The notes under the pieces were generated by a model. That model worked only from the letters and a program-made list of their open reading frames with translations, was not told where the DNA came from and did not search any database. From Vicinamibacterales bacterium (GTDB taxonomy: Bacteria; Acidobacteriota; Vicinamibacteria; Vicinamibacterales; UBA8438): a stretch of DNA of 64,000 nucleotides. Positions 19,646 through 28,231 of the stretch are shown in pieces (the stretch's first letter is position 1; each line of letters begins with the position of its first letter). The stretch lies in NCBI GenBank assembly GCA_965116825.1, contig OZ220736.1, positions 1,403,888 to 1,467,887 on the forward strand. The letters are read 5' to 3'. The translations under genes were made by a program, and so were the position numbers.

Positions 19646-20641
19646 TCAGTCCGCTTTCGACCGCACACGCTGCCCCAGCGGTGTCAGCCGGTACTTCTGA
19701 TTCCTGGCGCTGGGTGCGTCGGGACGGGTCATCTCCAGGTACCCGCCCTGCAACGCGGGCAACAGGTACCGCTGCCGTAGCGACTTGCGGTCGCGGAGCC
19801 CGAGCGCGTGCAGGATTTCCCGCAGCGACATCTCGCCGTCCAGCACGGACAGCAGGCGCGCGACTTGGGGGGTGACCTGCGGGGGTTCCTGGGGGGTCCG
19901 CACGGCTGCAAGAATCACCTCCAGCATGAAGGCGACGAAAGCCGTGTTCTCGCCGGCCGCCGAGCTCTGCCGGATGGCCTCGTAGTACTCGCTCTGGCGG
20001 GCACGAACGAGGCTCTCGACGGGTACGTGCGCGAACAGGACCTTCCAGCGGGTCAGGATCAGCGTCTGCCAGAGCCGGCCCAGGCGTCCGTTGCCGTCCT
20101 CGAAGGGATGGATGAACTCGAACTCGTAGTGGAAGACCGAGCTCGTGACGAGCGGATGGTCGGCAGTGCTTCCGAGCCACGACAGCAGGTCGCCCATGAG
20201 CCGCGGCACCTGCCCGGCGGGCGGGCCGACGTGATGGACCCGATCCTGCCCCATCACGGCCGCGCCGCCGCGACGATAGCGGCCCGGCGCGTCCAACAGA
20301 GCGGTCATCAGGATCTCGTGTGCGGCCAGCAGGTCGCTTTCGCTGGTCGGGTTCCACTGCTCGTATCGATCGTAGGCCTGGATGGCGTTCCGGGCTTCCT
20401 GAACGTCCCGCAAGGGAGCAACGACCGGCTTGCCGTCGAGAATCGTCGAGATCTGCTCCTCGCTGAGAATATTGCCCTCGATGGCCAGCGAGCCCTGGAT
20501 CGTGCGGATGCGGTTGATGCGGCGCAGACGCAGGTCCCGCGAGAGACCGGCCGCCTCCGCACGCCCGACCGCTTCGGCGATCTGCGCGACCCGGGTCAGG
20601 ATGTCCGGAGTGATCCTGTACGGTGGCGGCGCTTCGCTCAT
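19646..20641 (-). CDS. Fic/DOC family protein with C-terminal winged helix
   Basis: Canonical Fic motif HPFEDGNGRLGRLW. C-terminal wHTH-like tail (LREILHALGL...QKYRLTPLG). Confidence 0.9.
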   Translation of the reverse strand: MSEAPPPYRITPDILTRVAQIAEAVGRAEAAGLSRDLRLRRINRIRTIQGSLAIEGNILSEEQISTILDGKPVVAPLRDVQEARNAIQAYDRYEQWNPTSESDLLAAHEILMTALLDAPGRYRRGGAAVMGQDRVHHVGPPAGQVPRLMGDLLSWLGSTADHPLVTSSVFHYEFEFIHPFEDGNGRLGRLWQTLILTRWKVLFAHVPVESLVRARQSEYYEAIRQSSAAGENTAFVAFMLEVILAAVRTPQEPPQVTPQVARLLSVLDGEMSLREILHALGLRDRKSLRQRYLLPALQGGYLEMTRPDAPSARNQKYRLTPLGQRVRSKAD

Positions 20642-20755
20642 TGCGTTCCCGGCTGACTCTGGCTCCGATCCCTTCGACTCCAGCCTCGACTACGGCCCTG
20701 ACTCCGACCTCGTCTGCGGCCCTGACTCCGGGCCCGAGAGGATGCCGCGCGGCGT

Positions 20756-23700
20756 TCAGGCCGCCGTCACGTCGTAGAACGGCGACGGCACGGTCGGGTA
20801 GGCGCGGTAGACGTGCGCGAACACGGCCTCGGTCGTAGTCGTCACGTCCTCGTCGGAATAGGCGCCAGCGGGCAGGCCCGTCTCGTCCCGGTAGAGGAAG
20901 TCGTGGATGGCGACCTTGACCGCGCTCTGGGTCGCCTCCTTCTCGCGCCACTGGTCGACCCGGAGCCTCTCCGCCTTGAGCGTCTGCAGCAGCTCCTTCG
21001 CGACGGTCTTGATGCGCCGGATGTCGGCCTTGTCCAGGTCCGGCTTCTTCAGCAGGTCGAAGATTGCCAGGGACTCCTCGTCCAGCCCCTCTCGGAGTGC
21101 GCGGTTCTCCTCTTCCTCGAGTTGCTCGAAGAACTTGAGGAGCTCCTCGAAAGTGCGCTCGATGGTCACCCGGTCCTTCTCGCGGTTGTAGTCCGCGACG
21201 ATGCGCTCGTAGTAGTGCTGCTGGAAGTCGGTCCGCAACGGATTGCGGGCCAGCAGGCGCCGGAGTCGCTCTTCCACGGTGTGCTTGAGCGCCTGCACCG
21301 CCGTCCGCTGGTTCACGCCGCGAACGTTGATGCATGCCTTGAACTTCTTGAACACCTCCCGGCACAGCACCTCGAACCGCTTGCGGGTCTCGTCGTTCTC
21401 GTTCGCGACCTCCTTGCAGGCCACGATAGCGGCGTTGCGCGCAAAGCCCGCCTTGCCGATGACGTCGTCAAGCGGCGCCCCGCCGCCGTGGAGAAAGCTC
21501 CTCACCATGGCGATCGCCTCGGCCAGGTCGGCGAGCAGCTCCTCGTCCGGTCTCGCCGGGTCGATCTCTCCGCCCGCTCCTCCTTGTCCGCCGGACGGCG
21601 TGCCGGCGAACGTCGCCAGCGCCTTGCGCAGGTGCTTGAGGACGCCGCAGTAGTCGACGATCAGGCCGTTGTTCTTGCCCTCGTTGACCCGGTTGGCGCG
21701 GGCGATGGCCTGCATCAGCGTGTGCGCCTTGAGCGGCTTGTCCAAGTAGAGGGTAGAAAGGCTGGGCACGTCGAAGCCGGTCAGCCACATGGCGCAGACG
21801 ACGGCGATGCGGAACGGGTGCTCCTGCTCCTTGAACGCGTCGTCGACGGCCATGCGCTGCAGGTTCCGGAACCGCGGCTTCGCGCGCATCTCTGCCGGCA
21901 GGTCCATGCCTTCCTTGATGATCCGCCGGTGCGGGATGATATCCAGGTCCCAGCGGCGGAACTTCTCCACCTCGCCCTGCTCTTCGCTCACCACGACCGC
22001 CGTGCGGGTGTCGCGCATCCAGTCGATCCGCCGCCGCAGGTAGATCGCCTCCTGCTCGCCGGGCGCCTTCGCGTGCTCCGCCTCCAGCTCCTCGATGCGC
22101 TCGGCCCAGTAACGCTCGATCAGCGTGTGCATCCGCACGCACGTCAGCTTGTCGATGCAGACCAGCATCGCCTTGCCGGTCTCCCACGCCGCCGAGTAGT
22201 GGCGCACGAAATCGCGGGCCACCTGGTCGAGACGCTTCTCGGCGGTGATCACGTGGTAGTCGCGCTTGAGCTCCCGCTCCAGACGCTGTGCGACGTCGAT
22301 GTCATCGGTCTCCAACTCTTCCAGCTTGTCGGCGATGCGTTCGTTCAGGTCGTCGATGGCCACGCCCAGATCGTCGCCGCGGGCGTCGTAGTAGAGCGGC
22401 ACCGTCGCGCCGTCCTCCACCGCCCGCTGAAAGTCGTAGGTGGAGACGTAGTCGCCGAACACCTTGCGCGTGATCTCGTCGTCCGTGAACAGCGGCGTGC
22501 CGGTGAAGCCGATGTAGCCGGCGTTGGGCAGGGCATTGCGCATGTTGAGGGCAAGCGTGCCGTACTGCGTGCGGTGCGCCTCGTCGCTGATGACGATGAC
22601 GTCGTCGCGCTGCGTATAGCCAGTCTCGGGATCCACGTCCTGGTTGAACTTCTGGATCAGCGAGAAAACGTGCGACTTGTGCTCGGCCAGCAGGCGGCCC
22701 AGGTGCTCTCCGCTCGATGCGCGGCACGGGTCCCGGTCGTGGTCCACCACGCCGCATCCGGCGAAGGTCTTGTATATCTGCGTGTCGAGGTCGTCGCGGT
22801 CGGTCAGCACCAGGAACGTGAAGTTGCCGCCCAGCTTCCGGCGCACCTTGCGGGTGAACAGCACCATCGAGTAGCTCTTGCCGGCCCCCTGGGTATGCCA
22901 GAAGACCCCGAGCTTCCCCGCCCGCTCCTTCCGCTCGCGCACCGCTTCCACCGCGCGGTTCACTCCCAGGAACTGGTGGTTGCGGGCCAGGATCTTCCGC
23001 GTCTCGCCGGACGACTCGTCGAAGAGGATGAAGTTCTCGACGAAGTCCAGGAAGTTGCGCTTGTCGCAGACGCCCTTGAGCAGCGTCTCCATGTCCACCG
23101 CGCCCGGCTCCTCCTCTGCCAGCCGCTTCCACTCGTGGAAGTGCCCCCACCGGCTCGTGATGGAGCCGATCTTGGCCTTCTCGCCGTTGGCGAACATCAC
23201 CACCGCGTTATGGTGGAAGAGGTGCGGGACGGTGTCGCGGTAGTCGGCGTAGTTCTTCTCGAAGGCCGCCTTCAGGTCGCGATGAATGTTCTTGCACTCG
23301 ATGAACAGCAGCGGCAGCCCGTTGACGAACCCGACGATGTCCGGCCGGCGCCGATAGAGGTCGCCCCGCACCCACATCTCGCGGACGCAGAGGAAGTGGT
23401 TCTTGTCGGGGTCGTCGAAGTCGAGCACGCGCAGGCGCCGCCGGGTCGGCCGGCCCCTGTCGTCGCGGTAGGTGACCTCGACGCCGTCGCGCAGCAGGTC
23501 GGCCTTCTCACGATTGGCGGCGACGATGGTCTGTGACCCGGTCGTCGCCGTGATCCGCCGTACCGCCTCTTGGTAGGCGTCGTCCGGCAGGCCTCGGTTC
23601 AGTTCCCGCAGTTTCTGCCGCAGAAGGCGCACCAGCACCGCCTCGCGGTCCGACTCGCGACCCAGCAGGCCGCCACCATCGAAGTCCTCCCGGTTGTGCG

Positions 23701-23791
23701 CGTAGATCGACTCCCAACCGAGCTGCTCTTCCAGGTAGTCGGCCGTGGTCTGCTGGACGAGGGTGTCCTCAGTGTAGGGGGAGGGAGTCAT
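20756..23791 (-). CDS. hsdR: Type I restriction enzyme R subunit
   Basis: 1011 aa. Contains an N-terminal nuclease region. SF2 motifs (FWHTQGAGKSYSM, VISDEAHRTQYG). Typical HsdR C-terminal domain. Confidence 0.9.
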   Translation of the reverse strand: MTPSPYTEDTLVQQTTADYLEEQLGWESIYAHNREDFDGGGLLGRESDREAVLVRLLRQKLRELNRGLPDDAYQEAVRRITATTGSQTIVAANREKADLLRDGVEVTYRDDRGRPTRRRLRVLDFDDPDKNHFLCVREMWVRGDLYRRRPDIVGFVNGLPLLFIECKNIHRDLKAAFEKNYADYRDTVPHLFHHNAVVMFANGEKAKIGSITSRWGHFHEWKRLAEEEPGAVDMETLLKGVCDKRNFLDFVENFILFDESSGETRKILARNHQFLGVNRAVEAVRERKERAGKLGVFWHTQGAGKSYSMVLFTRKVRRKLGGNFTFLVLTDRDDLDTQIYKTFAGCGVVDHDRDPCRASSGEHLGRLLAEHKSHVFSLIQKFNQDVDPETGYTQRDDVIVISDEAHRTQYGTLALNMRNALPNAGYIGFTGTPLFTDDEITRKVFGDYVSTYDFQRAVEDGATVPLYYDARGDDLGVAIDDLNERIADKLEELETDDIDVAQRLERELKRDYHVITAEKRLDQVARDFVRHYSAAWETGKAMLVCIDKLTCVRMHTLIERYWAERIEELEAEHAKAPGEQEAIYLRRRIDWMRDTRTAVVVSEEQGEVEKFRRWDLDIIPHRRIIKEGMDLPAEMRAKPRFRNLQRMAVDDAFKEQEHPFRIAVVCAMWLTGFDVPSLSTLYLDKPLKAHTLMQAIARANRVNEGKNNGLIVDYCGVLKHLRKALATFAGTPSGGQGGAGGEIDPARPDEELLADLAEAIAMVRSFLHGGGAPLDDVIGKAGFARNAAIVACKEVANENDETRKRFEVLCREVFKKFKACINVRGVNQRTAVQALKHTVEERLRRLLARNPLRTDFQQHYYERIVADYNREKDRVTIERTFEELLKFFEQLEEEENRALREGLDEESLAIFDLLKKPDLDKADIRRIKTVAKELLQTLKAERLRVDQWREKEATQSAVKVAIHDFLYRDETGLPAGAYSDEDVTTTTEAVFAHVYRAYPTVPSPFYDVTAA

Positions 23792-23939
23792 GGCCAGCGG
23801 TTGACCTTCTGTTCGCTATGGGGCGCCCGCCGCAGATCGCGCTCGCCGGCTCTGGCGATCACGACGTCCTCCCCTTCCACGCCGCCTTCACCAACCACGA
23901 GAGCTGGGCCTTCGCTTCGTTCATGTTCACAATCGCCAT
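23788..23939 (-). pseudogene. Phd/YefM-like antitoxin N-terminal fragment, frameshifted in a G-run, stop overlapping the hsdR ATG
   Basis: The revcomp reads ATG GCG ATT GTG AAC ATG AAC GAA GCG AAG GCC CAG CTC TCG..., giving MAIVNMNEAKAQLSWLVKAAWKG. After a 1-nt slip in AAGGGGAGG it continues EDVVIARAGERDL...RWP* (tail of track ORF 23788..24093). Its TGA shares ATGA with the hsdR start. Confidence 0.45.
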
Positions 23940-24103
23940 GTTGTCCCGTTCCCGCCTTCCCGACCTGCTCGCCCAAGCCAAGGCTTGCATCGCTGGCCCG
24001 GGCCGTCAAGGAACGACCGGGCCATCGTCTCCGAGCGCAATGCCCGTCCGCAGGGCCGCCCGCCACACCGTCGACCGTTGTTCCGGTCACCATGACGTGC
24101 TAT

Positions 24104-24134
24104 CTTGTTGTCAACAACAAGTTGAATAGTCAAC
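24104..24134. promoter_or_regulatory. clustered inverted repeats (GTTG/CAAC half-sites) just upstream of the cassette's first gene
   Basis: CTTGTTGT-CA-ACAACAAG (24104-24121) and GTTGA-ATAG-TCAAC (24121-24134) sit in a locally AT-rich stretch. They end 2 nt before the ATG at 24137. Confidence 0.45.
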
Positions 24135-24136
24135 AG

Positions 24137-24628
24137 ATGACAGTACGGTACACACCCGGCCAGCTTCGTGACGCGGCAGCCGTGCCGCCGGAGACCTATC
24201 GCCACTGGAAGAAGGCCCTGGCGCCGCTACGCCGCGACACGCGGCAGAGCCCCTGTTTCACCGCGGGAGATCTGCTCGCCGTAGCTGTCGTACGCAGCAT
24301 GACCCGCGCGTTCATCCGCGTGGGCGCGCTTTCCGTGATCGCCGAGGAACTGTTCCGTCTATGCAGCGACACTTCCTGGCCGGTCCTCGAACGCAGCCGG
24401 ATGATCGTCGACCTCGTCAACCAGCGTATCGAGCTACAACCTGAGTCCGAAGACGTCGATATCGACTCCCCGGCGCTCGTCTGTCCGCTGAGACCTCTGG
24501 TCGGTCAGCTCCGCGATGCACTGCTGACCGACGGCGAACCGGATCAGCAGAGACTCAATCTCCCGCCGGTTCCGCTGCCATCAACAACCGCAGGGCATCG
24601 ACAGGCGGTGGCTCGTGGACGCCGTTGA
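24137..24628 (+). CDS. small putative DNA-binding protein (MerR/excisionase-type HTH-like N-terminus)
   Basis: MTVRYTPGQLRDAAAVPPETYRHWKK resembles an HTH_17/MerR-type N-terminus. This is the 3' part of track ORF 23570..24628. Its end overlaps the MTase GTG start by 14 nt. Confidence 0.5.
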   Translation: MTVRYTPGQLRDAAAVPPETYRHWKKALAPLRRDTRQSPCFTAGDLLAVAVVRSMTRAFIRVGALSVIAEELFRLCSDTSWPVLERSRMIVDLVNQRIELQPESEDVDIDSPALVCPLRPLVGQLRDALLTDGEPDQQRLNLPPVPLPSTTAGHRQAVARGRR

Positions 24629-27104
24629 CACCATCGCCGACGCCGTCCGCCACATCGGCTATCGGCGGGAAGCGATTGTCCGCGACTACGCGTTCGCGGA
24701 CGTACTCGATTCTGCGGATACGACGAGAACGGTCGCGCTCGCCGCCTTTACACAGACGCCGCCTTCGTACCGGTCGGCCGCGCTCGCCGTCGTCCCGGCC
24801 GGCTACGGGAGCACGTTGGATTGGGTCACGGCGCACCGTTCGCTTGGTGCTCCTCTCCTCTTCGTCATCGAAGGCGATCAGGTCACCTTGTGGCAGGTGC
24901 GCGGCGACGCGCCGCCCAGCGTTCTGGAACGCCTGCTCCTGAATGAGGTCCCGGGGCTGTTCGAGCGACACCAGGAGGAGTGGCGTCCCCAGGCCATTCA
25001 CCGCGCCAAGGCGATCGGCGCCGTCAACCGGGAGTACCAGCTCGACTTCGTGGACGTCGGTCTGATGCCCGCTCTCGAGGGCGAAGTGCACCTCAAGCTC
25101 GACCGGCTGCTGAACGACACGCTCACGGCATCGTCGCAGGCGCCGTGCGAGAATCGTCCCGACACTGCGGCGCTCTTCCGCGTCGTCTTCCGGCTGCTCG
25201 CCGCGAAGATCCTGCAGGACCGCCGCCACCCGTATGCGCAACAATGGCACGCGGCCGACATCGCGTCCGTCCTTCGCGCGATCGAATCCTATTACTCCCT
25301 ACCCGCGGTTCCAGGGACCGGCCCCCGAACCACGTCTCCCGCTTTTGGGGCCGCCTGGGACCGTCTCCGTGGCGGAATCAATTTCTGCAACATCTCATCC
25401 GACGACCTGGCCTTCGTGTACGAGAACACTCTCGTCACCAGCGAAACCAGAAAAGACCTGGGTACGCACCGCACCCCGCACCAGCTCGCCGAATATGCGG
25501 TCGCCCGACTGAATCTCGATCGTCACGACCCTCGCGACCTCCACATCTACGAGCCTTTCGCCGGCGCCGGCACGTTCCTCGTGTCCGCCTTGCGGCACAT
25601 GCGGGACCTGCTGCCGGTCGACTGGACCGACCAGGAACGCCATGCGTTTCTGGTGGATCGCCTCTCCGGAGACGAAACGGATCCCTTCGCCTGCGAAGTC
25701 GCCATGCTTTCCCTGATCCTGGCCGACTACCCGAACCAGAACGGCTGGCGCATCCGCCGATCCGACCTGTTCGAGAGCGACGTCTTGAAGTCCCGCGTGG
25801 AGAACGGCGGTATCGTCCTGTGCAACCCGCCGTTCGAGGATTTTTCGAACGATGACCGCTCACGTTACCCGCTAGCGAATGAGTTCGACTCCAAACCGAA
25901 AGCGGTGTTGAACGCCGCACTCGACGCCCACCCGCGCGCGCTTGCGTTCGTTCTGCCGCGTCCCTTCATTCTGGATCGGGAATTCGGCGCAGAACGGCGC
26001 AGAATCGAGGAACTCTACGGAGACATCGAGTTGGTCGCCTTGCCGGATCGAATCTTCGCGGCATCCAAGATCGAATCGGCTCTTCTGCTCGCTCGCGACC
26101 CGAGACCGCCGGCGCCCCCCGTCATCATCGTGCGCTCGACCGAAGTAGCCGACCACGACCGCATCACCTTCCTGAGAACCGGACAGACGACGGCCGAACG
26201 TCGTGTCGAGCGTGCCGTCGGCAATCCACCCGTCGGCAACCTCTGGATCCCTCCGCTACCTGATCTCTGGCACTACCTGGAGTCAGCGGCCCGCCTGAGC
26301 GACCACTTTGATATCCATCGGGGTATCGAGTGGAAATCCTCGCAGGGCGACGCCTGGAGCAATGAACCTCGGACCGGTTACAGACGGGGGCTGCACAATG
26401 CCCGGCGGACGCGACAATTCACGCTGCAGAATCCCGTGTTTCTCGATTGCCGGCGGGAGAGACTTCGGCGCGCGCTCGACCTGCCCTGGGATCGCGCCAA
26501 GCTTGTAGTAAACGCTGCTCGCTTAAGCCGAAAATCATGGCGGATTGCGGCAATGCTCGATCGCAACGGGTTCGTATGCTCGCAGCAGTTCTTTGGACTG
26601 TGGCAGAAACAAAAGCTAACGGATGCACAGCTTCTGACATTCGCCGCGGTACTGAACGGCCCGGTTGCGAATGCTTTCCTCGCTGCTCACTCTCCAGCGA
26701 AGAGGATTCGTATTTCCGCCATCAAGCAGATTCCGATTCCATCGACGTTGCCGTTCCATGTGGAAAAACTGGTGGCGGAATATGTACGGCGCCTTCAGGA
26801 CTCAAGAAGGTCGGATGCCACCGAAGATCAAATGCAGAACCTCCTGACCCTGATCGACGCCGCAGTACTCGCGTCCTACGACTTGTCGGCACGACTCGAA
26901 CACGAACTGCTCGAGTTCTTTCGCGGTTCGGACCGACCGGTGGCACACGCGTGGCGACACTGGGACGAACACAATCCTGCTCCCGGTCTCACTCTGGCCG
27001 AGCGCGTGTCCGGGCGGTTCCATCCACACGGTTCGTGGATTCTCGACGTCTTTCAGCCGCTGCCAGCCGATGAAGCGGAGCTTCTCCGAACCTACGGAGC
27101 GTGA
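24615..27104 (+). CDS. gamma-class N6-adenine DNA methyltransferase with TaqI_C-like target-recognition domain and an unassigned ~270-aa N-terminal domain
   Basis: Motif I IYEPFAGAGTFLV. Motif IV IVLCNPPFEDF. C-terminal TRD-like region (LSDHFDIHRGIEWKS...). I could recognise no nuclease or helicase motifs. Confidence 0.85.
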   Translation: MDAVDTIADAVRHIGYRREAIVRDYAFADVLDSADTTRTVALAAFTQTPPSYRSAALAVVPAGYGSTLDWVTAHRSLGAPLLFVIEGDQVTLWQVRGDAPPSVLERLLLNEVPGLFERHQEEWRPQAIHRAKAIGAVNREYQLDFVDVGLMPALEGEVHLKLDRLLNDTLTASSQAPCENRPDTAALFRVVFRLLAAKILQDRRHPYAQQWHAADIASVLRAIESYYSLPAVPGTGPRTTSPAFGAAWDRLRGGINFCNISSDDLAFVYENTLVTSETRKDLGTHRTPHQLAEYAVARLNLDRHDPRDLHIYEPFAGAGTFLVSALRHMRDLLPVDWTDQERHAFLVDRLSGDETDPFACEVAMLSLILADYPNQNGWRIRRSDLFESDVLKSRVENGGIVLCNPPFEDFSNDDRSRYPLANEFDSKPKAVLNAALDAHPRALAFVLPRPFILDREFGAERRRIEELYGDIELVALPDRIFAASKIESALLLARDPRPPAPPVIIVRSTEVADHDRITFLRTGQTTAERRVERAVGNPPVGNLWIPPLPDLWHYLESAARLSDHFDIHRGIEWKSSQGDAWSNEPRTGYRRGLHNARRTRQFTLQNPVFLDCRRERLRRALDLPWDRAKLVVNAARLSRKSWRIAAMLDRNGFVCSQQFFGLWQKQKLTDAQLLTFAAVLNGPVANAFLAAHSPAKRIRISAIKQIPIPSTLPFHVEKLVAEYVRRLQDSRRSDATEDQMQNLLTLIDAAVLASYDLSARLEHELLEFFRGSDRPVAHAWRHWDEHNPAPGLTLAERVSGRFHPHGSWILDVFQPLPADEAELLRTYGA

Positions 27105-27110
27105 TCGGCC

Positions 27111-27614
27111 GTGTACGGGTACATTTTCGACACCAGCGCACTCTCTCCGTTGCTTGATCCCGCGCATTCCAGGCACGATGACGTGCGAGCGGCCATTGAC
27201 GCACTCGATCCGCGCTCGACGAAGTTCGTATCGGCAATAGTCGTGGCAGAGTTCGGCTACGGTATTCGCCTGGCCGAAACCGTTGCCGGATCTGCATCAC
27301 CCCACCTCCGACGGACGCTGACGAGAGCGCGCGAGTATGCAGTACTGGAAGTGACAAGACATACGTCCGCCGCATACGCCGAATTGAAGGCAAACCTTGC
27401 CGGAAAATACTTGACCAAAGCGCTGACGAAGAATCGGCCTCGCTGGGTGGAAGATTGGATCGACAGAGCCACCGGAAAAAAGCTCCAGATCGACGAGAAC
27501 GACTTGTGGATCTGCGCGCAGGCGAAGGAGCGCAACTTGACTGTCGTCACCGCCGACCGCCGTATGAATCGCGTTTCCAATGCCGACCGCGACGTTCGTC
27601 TTCACATGGTCTGA
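27111..27614 (+). CDS. PIN-domain (VapC-like) nuclease with an internal insertion
   Basis: GTG start 6 nt after the MTase stop. YIFDTSAL, VVAEFGYG, IDENDLWICAQA and VVTADRR supply the D-E-D-D acidic set. An extra segment of about 30 aa (LAGKYLTKALTKNRPRWVEDWIDRATGKK) is present. No antitoxin-sized ORF lies upstream. Confidence 0.75.
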   Translation: MYGYIFDTSALSPLLDPAHSRHDDVRAAIDALDPRSTKFVSAIVVAEFGYGIRLAETVAGSASPHLRRTLTRAREYAVLEVTRHTSAAYAELKANLAGKYLTKALTKNRPRWVEDWIDRATGKKLQIDENDLWICAQAKERNLTVVTADRRMNRVSNADRDVRLHMV

Positions 27615-27665
27615 GCCTCGTCGGCTACTGTTCATATGGCCACCACGCAGCGTACCGGGAGGACT

Positions 27666-28231
27666 TCATTTCTTAACGCCCTCGAGACCGGCCAGCAGTC
27701 GCCGCCCCGCTGCCGTCAAGCGGTACCGCTGCCTGCCGCTGCGCGGCTTGTCGGGAATCGTGAGTTCGAGTAGGTTCATCGCAAGGTGCCTCTCCATACC
27801 CTTCTTGAAGTTGCCGGTCCTGGTGGAGTACCCGCTCGCCGCGAGAAGCTCCCGCCCGGTGGCCGGCCGTTCCACACAGGCACTGAGCACGGTCGTCAGC
27901 CCACTGGACTGCCGATTTGCACCTGCCGTCCCGGGGAAGTCAGGCGGTATCTCTGATGGCGGCTTGGCGCACCCAGCCGAGCGGCCATCAGGATATCGTG
28001 AGCGTTCGCCTCGCTGCTCGGGTTCCGCTGTTCATATGCATCGCAAGCCTTGATGGCGTTCCGCACCCCTTGAACGTTCGTCAGCAGAGCGGCGACCGGC
28101 TTGCCGTCGAGAATCGCCGAGGCCTGGTGCCCGCTGAGGAGGTTGTCCTCAATGTCAAGCGAGTACGGCGGTTGCTGAATCGCGGAACCGGCGGCACCAA
28201 CGCGAACCGCTCCATGCTCAGGCATTCGCAT
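27666..28231 (-). pseudogene. Fic-family remnant lacking the catalytic Fido core
   Basis: Track ORF 27896..28231 aligns by eye with residues ~55-130 of the intact Fic (LDIEDNLLSGHQASAILDGKPVAALLTNVQGVRNAIKACDAYEQRNP versus LAIEGNILSEEQISTILDGKPVVAPLRDVQEARNAIQAYDRYEQWNP). Track ORF 27666..27890 matches the wHTH tail (GRQRYRLTAAG). No HPFxxGNGR motif is present. Confidence 0.75.

Noticed and set aside
18300-23536. 1021-aa minus ORF 18300..21365 and 907-aa plus ORF 20813..23536
   Set aside because: They overlap the motif-supported GNAT, lipoprotein, Fic and hsdR genes out of frame or antisense. Composition is Arg/Gly/Pro-biased and no domains were recognised.
24615-25430. The N-terminal ~270 aa of the 829-aa MTase considered as a Type IIG-style PD-(D/E)XK nuclease domain
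   Set aside because: I could not find a D...(D/E)xK triad in the sequence, for example FVIEGDQ lacks the Lys. The domain is left unassigned rather than called a nuclease.
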